From the NCBI GenBank assembly GCA_023250515.1, contig JAHFAO010000001.1:1-59120 (forward strand): DNA of 59,120 nt. Direction: 5' to 3'. The translations under genes were made by a program, and so were the position numbers. Positions 18,688-26,940 of this stretch are shown piece by piece. The notes under the pieces were generated by a model, which made no database searches, was not told the DNA's origin, and saw only the letters and a program-made list of their open reading frames with translations. This stretch comes from Deltaproteobacteria bacterium. GTDB lineage: Bacteria; Desulfobacterota; Binatia; UBA9968. Numbering within the stretch: the stretch's first letter is position 1; every line of letters starts with the position of its first letter.

Positions 18688-20391
18688 TCAAACGCCCACT
18701 GCTATGCCGTCACCTCTGGCAAGTCGTTCGGCGGCAAGCTGGTCGAGCGCCTTCTCTATCCGCCACAGGTACATGACGTGGCAAGCACCGTCAGCATCCA
18801 TCATCAGCTCTGTCTGAAGCGGTATCCAGTTCCCCATATCGGTATAAAGGGAGACGATACGGGCTCCCGGCCGGAGCTCCTCCTGAAGTTTTGGCAAGAT
18901 ACTGATGTTCCATGATGGGGTCATAAACAGGGTCACAACTGTGGCTGACGACAAATCCACCGCCATCGCATCCTGCCGCACAAACGTAACGAGGTGATCT
19001 ACGCCTTCTTTACAGGCATTGGCGTTAGCCTCCGCAATGCGCTCGGGGTCGATATCAATGCCAACGCCCCGGGCACCGTATCGCTTGGCCGCCTGGATCA
19101 CGACCCTTCCATCCCCGCAGCCAAGATCATAGACTATGTCTGCCGGAGTCACCTCGGCCAAGGACAGAACGCTCTCAACCAATTCCATTTGGGTTGGCAC
19201 AAACGTCACTGCATCCGAGGGCAATCCTAGAAGGCGCTTCAATGGCGCCAATTCACATTGTTGGAGAAGTCGGATAGGACGAATCAGAGGGTAAAGGAAG
19301 GAGAGGGAGACCGGCAACTGCACGAATGTCCAGTCCCCTGGGCTCGGAGTCAGCGTGCGTGAGAGAAGATAGCGAACCTTCTCTCGCCAGCTCTCTCTTG
19401 TCCTGAGATGAAAAAGGGAGCTTTCCAAAATCTCAGGCGGGCTAACGGTCTCCCGCAAGAACCGCTCACGCACCTTTGTGGTTAGAGCCTCCACCTTCGG
19501 GTCAACTTGAACCCTTTGTAATACTTCCGCCGGAAGATTTGCGCCTAGCAGTTCAGCCGCGAGTCTAAGTCCAAGGAAGAGCATGCGCTCAACGCCTAGC
19601 CTGCGGGATTGTTCCAGGACCTGTTGCCAGTCCATCCGCTCGTGCGCTCGGATCAGCTCGGCAACATCGCAGATCCTTCCCAACCGCCCCCAGAGGTAAG
19701 TGGCGCCGTCCACGCAGAGGATGAGAAGCAGATCCTCTGGCGAGAGGGTGCATAGTGTCCTGCCCCCAAGGGCTAGCGGCTGAAGACGTTTCCACAAGCG
19801 CTCGACATCGAGCGGCAAAGAAAAATATTCCGCTGCGACCCCCCAGTGTAGTTTCACAAAGACACCGCCCCCCTCACGTACAAAGATCTCTTCAGATTTT
19901 GTCTGCAGGTAGGCCGCTTCTTGAGTGTGAGAGAGAGGGAATCGGGGCTGATATCCTCGGGAGAGCAGCAGTTCTTTGGCCTTTGGAACCTCTCGTGGGG
20001 AAACCAGAAGGTCCAGGTCGGCGAATTGCCGAAGCCCAAGGTTTCCGTAGACAGACGCGGCCAGGAGCGGGCCTTTGTAGGAGAGGGCACGGATTCCATG
20101 CTCTTCAAACATGTTCAGGAGGGAGAGGAGTTCCCCTGTTAGGAACAGGTTGCGCTTGATGTTGCTGTGAAAATGGCCCTGCAGTTGCTTGAAAATAGAC
20201 CCAGGAACAGCCCCAGGGCAGGTTGCGTTCAAGTGCCAGTAAAGGAGTGGCAACATCGCGTGCGGGAATGCCTTCCAAAGCAAATAGGCCCAGTTTACTC
20301 CATCTTGAACTAGGGCTCTGATCCGTTCGGCTCGTCCCGAATCCAACTGGATCCGAGCACAACAGAGGAGCAGCTCATCCTCCAGGCGCAT
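18688..20391 (-). CDS. fusion protein: NTP_transf_5-like nucleotidyltransferase (N) + class I SAM-dependent methyltransferase (C)
   Basis: The N-terminal ~380 aa is paralogous to 15900-17072 (LLLCCARIQ..., DLDLLV, KLHW). The C-terminal ~170 aa has SAM motif I VYDLGCGDGRVV and GVGIDIDP. Start set at Met17; the track start at 20439 is a TTG. Confidence 0.75.
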   Translation of the reverse strand: MRLEDELLLCCARIQLDSGRAERIRALVQDGVNWAYLLWKAFPHAMLPLLYWHLNATCPGAVPGSIFKQLQGHFHSNIKRNLFLTGELLSLLNMFEEHGIRALSYKGPLLAASVYGNLGLRQFADLDLLVSPREVPKAKELLLSRGYQPRFPLSHTQEAAYLQTKSEEIFVREGGGVFVKLHWGVAAEYFSLPLDVERLWKRLQPLALGGRTLCTLSPEDLLLILCVDGATYLWGRLGRICDVAELIRAHERMDWQQVLEQSRRLGVERMLFLGLRLAAELLGANLPAEVLQRVQVDPKVEALTTKVRERFLRETVSPPEILESSLFHLRTRESWREKVRYLLSRTLTPSPGDWTFVQLPVSLSFLYPLIRPIRLLQQCELAPLKRLLGLPSDAVTFVPTQMELVESVLSLAEVTPADIVYDLGCGDGRVVIQAAKRYGARGVGIDIDPERIAEANANACKEGVDHLVTFVRQDAMAVDLSSATVVTLFMTPSWNISILPKLQEELRPGARIVSLYTDMGNWIPLQTELMMDADGACHVMYLWRIEKALDQLAAERLARGDGIAVGV

Positions 20392-20448
20392 GCTGGGTAT
20401 GAAGGCCCTGTTAACGGGCACAGGCCAAGTCCTCCTCAACCAGGCTCA

Positions 20449-20616
20449 TCATGACATAGCCGCATCCATCGCCCCGGCAACTTTCATTCTTGTAATCTTT
20501 TCTATGGTACCGTAGACGGTCAGCTTCGGCGTCTGATAAGGCCTCTTCGGAGATTTTTTGACGTCCTTCTTCTCGTAAAGGTTTTTCTCTTCCGCCGTCA
20601 CCAGCTTTGTCTCCAT
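20449..20616 (-). CDS. lasso peptide precursor A2 (55 aa; below the ORF-track cut-off)
   Basis: My translation is METKLVTAEEKNLYEKKDVKKSPKRPYQTPKLTVYGTIEKITR|MKVAGAMDAAMS. The leader fits YxxPxLx3Gx5Tx, with Thr at -2. The predicted core has Asp at position 8 and a C-terminal Ser. It starts 12 nt after the cyclase C2 stop. Confidence 0.75.
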   Translation of the reverse strand: METKLVTAEEKNLYEKKDVKKSPKRPYQTPKLTVYGTIEKITRMKVAGAMDAAMS

Positions 20617-20628
20617 CGCAAGTTTGGT

Positions 20629-22506
20629 TTACGCGGCCAGGCGCGTCTGGCGGAGCCAGAGGGCCAAGGTTACGGTTTTCCAGATTGTGAGAGCGTCCTT
20701 ATATCCTGTCCCAGCAAGATACCGTTTGTAGGCTTCTCGCAGTTGAGACGTATCCACGTATGGTAAAATAACCTGAGGATTCCTCAGGATCACATCTTCC
20801 AAGATGCCGCGCTCAAAGGCCAGGAGCCCACGGGTGAAGTTGGGGCTGAGATCCGCTTTGCCCCCTCGCCAGCGCACCTCCTCGGGAAGGATCTTCTCCA
20901 TAGCACGGCGCATAACGACCCTGTTCCACCCCTGGTAAAGCTTTTGTTCGGGCGGCAGGGCCAGACAGAACTCGGCCAATCGCTTATCGAAGAAGGGGTA
21001 CCTTGGCTCGATCGAAAAGGCACTGGCAGCTTTGTCGAGCACCTCCAGAGCATATGCATTAAGTCCGGAGGTAAGCTCACGCCAGTGGCCCTCCCTCGAG
21101 ATGCGTGCTCGCCTTGGCATATGCCGCCGCAGCATTTGAGCACGGTCAGGCAGTCCGACATGCCGAGCAAATTCGCGGTTCATGACGGCGCCGCCATCCC
21201 ACGACCGCCACGCCTTGCGGATGGGTTCAGGGATCAGAGGATTGAGGATATACCTCCAGAGGAACCACCATGGCGCGCGGTTGAAGCGCTGCCCGAGGCG
21301 GGTAACCTCTTTCGCCAGCGCGACCCACCGCCCGCTACGCGCCAGCTCCTCCAGGTACGCAAGACCGTGGGACACGGTGGTATCTCCGTCCATGCCGTCC
21401 AGGAGGACACGAACGCCCTGACCGTGGGCGGTGCTGTATAGCCCTCCCCAGAACATGAAGAGGTTCGGGACCCAGAAGGGTTCATCCTGGTGGTAGAAAA
21501 CCCGGTCCAAATCGGTGAGAGGGCTGAGCCGGTCAGCATGCACGTAATGAGGCTTGAGCCCGTTCTGGGCTAGGACAGCCTTGATAAAAGGCCGCTCATC
21601 GCATTCCTGCACCTCGTCATAGATCGCTGAGAACGTGTGCAACTGAGTGTTCCCGTGTGCTGGGAGGAGTTTCCGCGCCACGCACACAATAGAAGAAGAG
21701 TCCAGCCCACCGCTCAGCAGAGAGCCTACCGGAAAGGCGCTCCGCAGACGGCACCTAACCGCCTCGGTGAAGAGCTCACGAAAAGCCTCGGCGTACTCCT
21801 CATCCGACCGGAGCCGCAGTTCGCGCGAAGGGTCGAGGAACCAATAGGGTCGAACCGATACTTTCTCAGCGCTCAGGGTCATGCTGTGGCCCGGAGGAAG
21901 CCGAAAGATCTCTTGGTAAAAGGTGATGGCCTCGTCTTCAAGCATCGGCACCAGGTACTCAGCCACTCTGGTCTCGTTGAGGCGGCGGGGGACCTCAGGG
22001 ATGCAAAGGAGTGCTTTGATCTCTGAGCCAAACACGAACGCGCTGCCTGAGCGATGATAGTAATAGAATGGCTTTACCCCAAAATGGTCTCTGGCGCAGA
22101 AGAAGCGGTGCTCCCTTCCATCCCAGATGGCAAATGCAAAATCCCCCAACAACTTTGCCGGACAGTCCTCGCCCCACTTCTCGTAAGCCCTGAGGATCAG
22201 AGCAGCGTCCGTGATCCGCCTTTTGACGTGTCCGTCAATCCCCAAGCTGCCGATAAGCTCGTCCCGATTATCGATGCGGGCATCAGCGGTGATGGCCAAT
22301 TGCCCCATCGCATCAACCACTGGCTGCTTTTCGTGAATGGATTCTGGGGTAGTGTTGAGCAATCTATGGCCTAGACCCACCGTGCCATTGATCCAGCAGC
22401 CCTCACCATCGAGCCCCCGGTGGGCAATCCTCGCCACCATCCGCTCCAGGTCTTCTTGATCAACGAGCCCGCCATCAAGGAGATAAATACCGGCGATGGC
22501 GCTCAT
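20629..22506 (-). CDS. lasso peptide cyclase C2 (asparagine synthetase-like lactam synthetase)
   Basis: AsnB fold with N-terminus MSAIAGIY, so the Cys2 glutaminase nucleophile is absent. PP-loop LSGGLDSS. Adjacent to B1, B2 and a precursor. Confidence 0.88.
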   Translation of the reverse strand: MSAIAGIYLLDGGLVDQEDLERMVARIAHRGLDGEGCWINGTVGLGHRLLNTTPESIHEKQPVVDAMGQLAITADARIDNRDELIGSLGIDGHVKRRITDAALILRAYEKWGEDCPAKLLGDFAFAIWDGREHRFFCARDHFGVKPFYYYHRSGSAFVFGSEIKALLCIPEVPRRLNETRVAEYLVPMLEDEAITFYQEIFRLPPGHSMTLSAEKVSVRPYWFLDPSRELRLRSDEEYAEAFRELFTEAVRCRLRSAFPVGSLLSGGLDSSSIVCVARKLLPAHGNTQLHTFSAIYDEVQECDERPFIKAVLAQNGLKPHYVHADRLSPLTDLDRVFYHQDEPFWVPNLFMFWGGLYSTAHGQGVRVLLDGMDGDTTVSHGLAYLEELARSGRWVALAKEVTRLGQRFNRAPWWFLWRYILNPLIPEPIRKAWRSWDGGAVMNREFARHVGLPDRAQMLRRHMPRRARISREGHWRELTSGLNAYALEVLDKAASAFSIEPRYPFFDKRLAEFCLALPPEQKLYQGWNRVVMRRAMEKILPEEVRWRGGKADLSPNFTRGLLAFERGILEDVILRNPQVILPYVDTSQLREAYKRYLAGTGYKDALTIWKTVTLALWLRQTRLAA

Positions 22507-22946
22507 AGGCTTTCTTCCTCTACAGCAGACAAGGGAGTGTAGCGTCCCAGTTCTGATCCGCCAATGACAATCCTGCCTTGGCTTTCCACCCAGGCGTGGG
22601 CGTTCAACCTCCCTCCCTCGCCCTTAGCGACGCCAATGTGTAGACAAGCCGGGCACCCCCGACGGGCAAGCAGCACCTGTGCAGCCAGGGCTTCTGTGAG
22701 ACAGTTGCTCCCGCCAGGCGCAAACCGGCTTGCTACCGTCACCGCCCAAGCGATCCGATCTTGAGATGATGAGTCAGCACGGTATAGGGTAGCAGGCGCG
22801 CGCCCTACACGATCCAGAAAGCGCCGAAGGGTCTGAAACGGAACTAGCCACAGCCCAAGTCTGATCGCCCAGATCAGGATAACAGACCTTAGCAGGAGGC
22901 CACGCTCAGTCGGTGGCAGGAGTAAAAACTTACGGACCTGCTTCAT
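22503..22946 (-). CDS. lasso peptide leader peptidase B2 (transglutaminase-like cysteine protease)
   Basis: 147 aa with an N-terminal hydrophobic segment. SNCLTEALAAQVLLARRG (catalytic Cys) and NAHAWVE (His) match lasso B2 proteins. 4-bp overlap with C2. Confidence 0.85.
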   Translation of the reverse strand: MKQVRKFLLLPPTERGLLLRSVILIWAIRLGLWLVPFQTLRRFLDRVGRAPATLYRADSSSQDRIAWAVTVASRFAPGGSNCLTEALAAQVLLARRGCPACLHIGVAKGEGGRLNAHAWVESQGRIVIGGSELGRYTPLSAVEEESL

Positions 22947-23292
22947 CCCTTATCTCGACAAGTTCCTCCGCCGCCAGTTTTTGAAGCAGCTCCAGCAGGT
23001 CCTGCCAACAGCGTTCGGTTTCGACGTCGTACTCTATCAGAAGGGTATCCCGGACCTCGTTTGCCGTCGTTGGTTTTTGGATCAGATTCCAGATTCGGGC
23101 CCCAACAGTGTCGAGACCGTAGTACACTCCATTCCTGAGATTGAGGATAGCCATTTCTCCTCCCAGGTCACAGGAGACCTGATCCTTGGCCGCTACAATG
23201 ATTGAGGATGCCGAGATCGTGTTCGCCATGGGGTTCAGTGGTAGCTCCCACTGACAAGGTAATACAGCGAGAAATTCTGGATAATATTCCAT
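22930..23292 (-). CDS. lasso peptide B1 / PqqD-family RiPP recognition element
   Basis: GGEMAILNLRNGVYYGLDTVGARIWNLI...EVRDTLLIEYDV...DLLELLQKLAAEELV is the PqqD/RRE pattern. The true start may be Met22, at 23229. Confidence 0.85.
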   Translation of the reverse strand: MEYYPEFLAVLPCQWELPLNPMANTISASSIIVAAKDQVSCDLGGEMAILNLRNGVYYGLDTVGARIWNLIQKPTTANEVRDTLLIEYDVETERCWQDLLELLQKLAAEELVEIRDEAGP

Positions 23293-23375
23293 CCCATTCC
23301 GTGTACTGTCAAGAAAATTGTTGCTCTACAACGAAAGTGGGGTCTATTGAGGTGGGATGGAGGTTGGTGGTAGGC

Positions 23376-23543
23376 CTATTTGCTCATGGCCGGCCCTGCA
23401 GGATTGTCCATCATCGTTGATGGAGCTGCTGCATGCGTCAGCTCACGAATATCTCCATATAAAACCAACTGAGGAGAATGATACGGTCTCTTCTGGAAAA
23501 CCTCGCTGGTCTGCTCTTTGGGCTCCTTCACTTGGTCGGTCAT
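23376..23543 (-). CDS. lasso peptide precursor A1 (55 aa; below the ORF-track cut-off)
   Basis: My translation is MTDQVKEPKEQTSEVFQKRPYHSPQLVLYGDIRELTH|AAAPSTMMDNPAGPAMSK. The leader fits YxxPxLx3Gx5Tx. The core starts with Ala and has Asp at position 9. The ATG overlaps the cyclase C1 stop as ATGA, and a GGGGA lies 6 nt upstream. Confidence 0.85.
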   Translation of the reverse strand: MTDQVKEPKEQTSEVFQKRPYHSPQLVLYGDIRELTHAAAPSTMMDNPAGPAMSK

Positions 23544-25438
23544 ACACAATCCCCTTGGGTTACAGTCGCTTGTCCCAAGAAACTACGGATCGGCACACAG
23601 ACCGCGCCGCTCCTACTCTGCAGCCAACACTCCAGGTTTACTGGAGCGGTGATCATAGCATATCTCACCACGCCATCCGCCTTGTATTGTTCCACCGCCT
23701 GCTGATAAGTCCCTCTGTCGACATAGTTCTCTCCGACAATTCCCAGTTTGGTATCGAGGGTGTCCGGTTTCGTGGGATGGCTGAGACGCGCGTGCATAGG
23801 ATCTCCGGCCAGAGCCACCTTAGGCCGAGTACGAATCGGCTCCGGCAATATGCCGCGCATGGCTTCGCGATGGATTGTCTTCCTATAGCACCAAGGCAAC
23901 GTAGGGATCGCCAGCAAGAAAGTGATCAGCCTTACGTCAAAGAAGGGATGCCGTATTTCTATAGGCAGAACGCTGGCATACCAGAGCTCAAAGAGCTCTG
24001 ACCATAGTGGCAAACGTAACAAATGGAGGGCATCGAGATGGCTGCAACCATCCAAAGTCACCTCCCGGTTGTAAAACTTTCGCACGCAATGCTCCCAGCG
24101 CTCCCGCAAGCCGATCCGCGCTGCAAACTCCGGCCGAATCCAGTTGGGGTACTCGGGACGCCAATCATCTTGCCCAAGCAGCCCTTGCAGTCCCGATCGA
24201 AGGCCGAATCCCTTCAAGCTCCGAAACCTCCTTACATGGCGAGCGGCCTCCACGAGAAAACGGCCTATGTGCCCACGCCTCAGTAAATCCACACTATAGG
24301 AACATGATCCAGCCATGGCCGGGTCGCCGCCAAGACCCGTGAGAACCACAGAGCTTTGGCCTGCAAGTAAATGGAGAAAGTCAACCCACATCGCCATGGT
24401 CGAGGCCTCGACGGGCTGCTGGCTCCGCATCTCCGGCTCGTCCCACCGCTCGAAGAGTCGGTAGGGATCCGCGACTAAATAATCGACAGGAATCCCCAGA
24501 GTCTCTACGACGAGCCCGGCAAAATACTTTTCATGGTCATCGGGTAGCAAGCGGTCATGAATGATCGTATAGGCACGCACCTCACCATGGTTTCGGCACA
24601 GATACTTGGAAGCGATGGCCGCCACCGCAGTGGAGTCCATCCCCCCGCTCATCATGCAGGCGACACGATCTGTGCGCAACCGATCCTCTACTGCAGTACG
24701 AAGGAGCTTCCGGAAATGAGCCACGTAGTCGTCATCATTTGCATATCGGATATAGCCACCCGTTGGTAAGGTCCAATAGCGATCGAGTCGTGGTGTACCT
24801 CGCGTCACGATAAGCCGATGGGCAGGCATGAGGCGCCGGATGTCCCGATAAATAGTCGTAGATTCATCCTGGTTGCCGCCAAAGAGCAGAAAATCTCCGA
24901 CGGCAAGTTCGCTCAGCGCACTCGACACACCAGGATGCTGGCGCAGGGTGTCGACGTCGCTGGCAAAGAGCAGGCTGCTCGCGGTTTGAGCATAGTAAAG
25001 CGGCTTCACTCCAAAATGGTCGCGAGCGCAGAAGAGGCGTCGCCTTCTTCCATCCCAGATCGCAAAAGCAAAATCGCCAAGCAGGTGCTTGACGCAGTCT
25101 TCCCCCCAGACGTGATAGGCCTGGAGGATAAGCTCTACATCCGCTACAGCTTTAAGATCACTGCGACCGTTGTACTCAAACTCCTGAATGAGATCCCCCC
25201 GACCATCCACTCGCGCATCGGCAGTTATCCACACCTGACCGTCCAGGCTACGTGGCTGTTGCTCGCGCAGCGACTCTCGTGTTGTGCGCAGCAACACATG
25301 GCCAAAGCCCACATGACCGTCGATCCAGATCCCTCGCGCATCAGGCCCGCGGTAGGCCACGATGCCGAGCATCTGCTGCAAGAGCTGCCGGTTCACAGGG
25401 GCACCGTCCAGGTTAACGATTCCAACGATGCCGCTCAT
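23540..25438 (-). CDS. lasso peptide cyclase C1 (asparagine synthetase-like lactam synthetase)
   Basis: N-terminus MSGIVGIV lacks Cys2. PP-loop MSGGMDST. By eye roughly 40-50% identical to C2. 4-bp overlap with the upstream PqqD gene. Confidence 0.88.
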   Translation of the reverse strand: MSGIVGIVNLDGAPVNRQLLQQMLGIVAYRGPDARGIWIDGHVGFGHVLLRTTRESLREQQPRSLDGQVWITADARVDGRGDLIQEFEYNGRSDLKAVADVELILQAYHVWGEDCVKHLLGDFAFAIWDGRRRRLFCARDHFGVKPLYYAQTASSLLFASDVDTLRQHPGVSSALSELAVGDFLLFGGNQDESTTIYRDIRRLMPAHRLIVTRGTPRLDRYWTLPTGGYIRYANDDDYVAHFRKLLRTAVEDRLRTDRVACMMSGGMDSTAVAAIASKYLCRNHGEVRAYTIIHDRLLPDDHEKYFAGLVVETLGIPVDYLVADPYRLFERWDEPEMRSQQPVEASTMAMWVDFLHLLAGQSSVVLTGLGGDPAMAGSCSYSVDLLRRGHIGRFLVEAARHVRRFRSLKGFGLRSGLQGLLGQDDWRPEYPNWIRPEFAARIGLRERWEHCVRKFYNREVTLDGCSHLDALHLLRLPLWSELFELWYASVLPIEIRHPFFDVRLITFLLAIPTLPWCYRKTIHREAMRGILPEPIRTRPKVALAGDPMHARLSHPTKPDTLDTKLGIVGENYVDRGTYQQAVEQYKADGVVRYAMITAPVNLECWLQSRSGAVCVPIRSFLGQATVTQGDCV

Positions 25439-25728
25439 AGCGACTCGCCTCTCTCGCCAATCTCCACCAATCCATTCTCTAACAGCTTCTCAATCAAATC
25501 CTGGAGGTCGCTGCGCAGCAATTCTCCATCCACATCATATTCAGCTAATAAGACCTCATAGGCCTTCTCGATCGACTCCGATGAGGATAGGACAGCCAAC
25601 ATTCGGGTCCCCACGTCGTCCAGACCGAGATAGCGCTCGCTATTGAGATTAAGAATGACGGATTCACCTCCTATGTCGCGCATGAGAACGTGCGTAGGCA
25701 CTGAGACCCGTGTCGTAAACGCTATCAC
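25435..25728 (-). CDS. PqqD-family RiPP recognition element (second stand-alone copy)
   Basis: 97 aa. GGESVILNLNSERYLGLDDVGTRMLAVL...AYEVLLAEYDVD...DLQDLIEKLLENGLV. Confidence 0.85.
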   Translation of the reverse strand: MIAFTTRVSVPTHVLMRDIGGESVILNLNSERYLGLDDVGTRMLAVLSSSESIEKAYEVLLAEYDVDGELLRSDLQDLIEKLLENGLVEIGERGESL

Positions 25729-26900
25729 GATTTTACTGCCTCCCGATTCCAGAATTTACAAGCACCCTGTAGAGCCCGATGGACATAGAGCCCGGGTAGC
25801 ATCGCGCGGCTGGCGGTCGGGTAGTGGTTGAGTATGTAATCCGCTGGAGGAAAAACATGTTCCTTAAGCAACTGCAACTTGTCGCGCCAACGAGCAAGGG
25901 TACGGAGATCCGATAGCAACACATCTATCCGTTGCTGATAGGGTTTGAGAAAACTAGCTGTCGCTTCGCCCAACAGAGGGTTGTTATCTTCCTGCAACGT
26001 CTCCATGAGATCCACCGGTAAGGGTGTAGAAAAACGATGCTGTGCCAGTCTCAGACCAGCGGCACAGATGGTTCTAAGCCGTTTATCTATGGCAAGCTTG
26101 GCAAATGCCTCATGCTCTTCAGGCTTCATCTGGCTTACCAGCAAATGAATGTCATAAAGCCAGATCAGACAATCGCTATTCTGATGGTGCGCGACGCGAT
26201 GCACGCACGCAAGCAGCAGGGCATGTGCTGGATCTAAGGCCCGTGCATGTTCTCCCAGCGCATGCAGAGGTATGGCACGGCTTGCCAGTTCATTGTAGGA
26301 CAAAATATCGGCAAACAGCAGAGGGTTGCTGATTTTCCAATGGATGTCATAGACGTGGGGGATGCCATGCCCGTCTTCTTTGGCGTACATGCACTGGTGC
26401 ATGATAAACCTGCCGCTTACCATATGAAGCCGTTTGAAGCCGAGCTCGGCCAGCACCTTTTCTGTCAGGCTGATATCCTTCGGGTGAATCAGCAGGTCGG
26501 TATCGTTGCGTGGGCGCAGGCCCAAGAAAGGATAATGCGTATAGGCCAAAGCCGTTCCCTTAAGGATTAACGCCTGGACACCGCGTTCTGCCAAGGATTC
26601 AAGAGCTGAGATTAGTTCGCGTTCAAGAAGCAATTGCAGAGAGACCTGACGTATCGCTACAGATTCAAGCGCCGCACGAATACCAGTAGGCCAGTCTTCC
26701 CGCGCCGAGGTCCGGCTGAGTTGCTTGTAGATCAACGGCGTCACACCGTGCAGGAGGCACGCCTCTAAAAAGTCCGCCTGATCCTCAGTGCCGGCGGATG
26801 GAGACCAACTTGGCGTCTCGCCCCGAATTATGGCGCACAGGAGTTTCTGAAAGCAGACCGATTGGAGTCCGGCCGAATTTTTCGCGAACGCAGGGATCAC
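25725..26900 (-). CDS. uncharacterised nucleotidyltransferase family protein (NTP_transf_5-like), paralog 1
   Basis: Same architecture as 15900-17072 (LLHGVTPLIY, NDTDLLI, DIHWKIS, HRVAHHQNSDCLIWLYDI). Confidence 0.7.
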   Translation of the reverse strand: MIPAFAKNSAGLQSVCFQKLLCAIIRGETPSWSPSAGTEDQADFLEACLLHGVTPLIYKQLSRTSAREDWPTGIRAALESVAIRQVSLQLLLERELISALESLAERGVQALILKGTALAYTHYPFLGLRPRNDTDLLIHPKDISLTEKVLAELGFKRLHMVSGRFIMHQCMYAKEDGHGIPHVYDIHWKISNPLLFADILSYNELASRAIPLHALGEHARALDPAHALLLACVHRVAHHQNSDCLIWLYDIHLLVSQMKPEEHEAFAKLAIDKRLRTICAAGLRLAQHRFSTPLPVDLMETLQEDNNPLLGEATASFLKPYQQRIDVLLSDLRTLARWRDKLQLLKEHVFPPADYILNHYPTASRAMLPGLYVHRALQGACKFWNREAVKS

Positions 26901-26940
26901 CGAATCCAGCTTACTTCTTAGACTGTGCCTTTCCGAACAA

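Noticed and set aside
23293-23375. The non-coding stretch between precursor A1 and B1, examined for a further precursor or an attenuator.
   Set aside because: Only trivial ORFs shorter than 15 aa are present, and no stable hairpin was evident by eye. It is treated as an ordinary spacer.
24818-25561. A 247-aa plus-strand ORF. A 214-aa plus-strand ORF at 23357-24001 is similar.
   Set aside because: Both are antisense to cyclase C1, the PqqD gene and precursor A1. They have no motifs and Ser/Pro/Arg-rich composition, so they are shadow ORFs.
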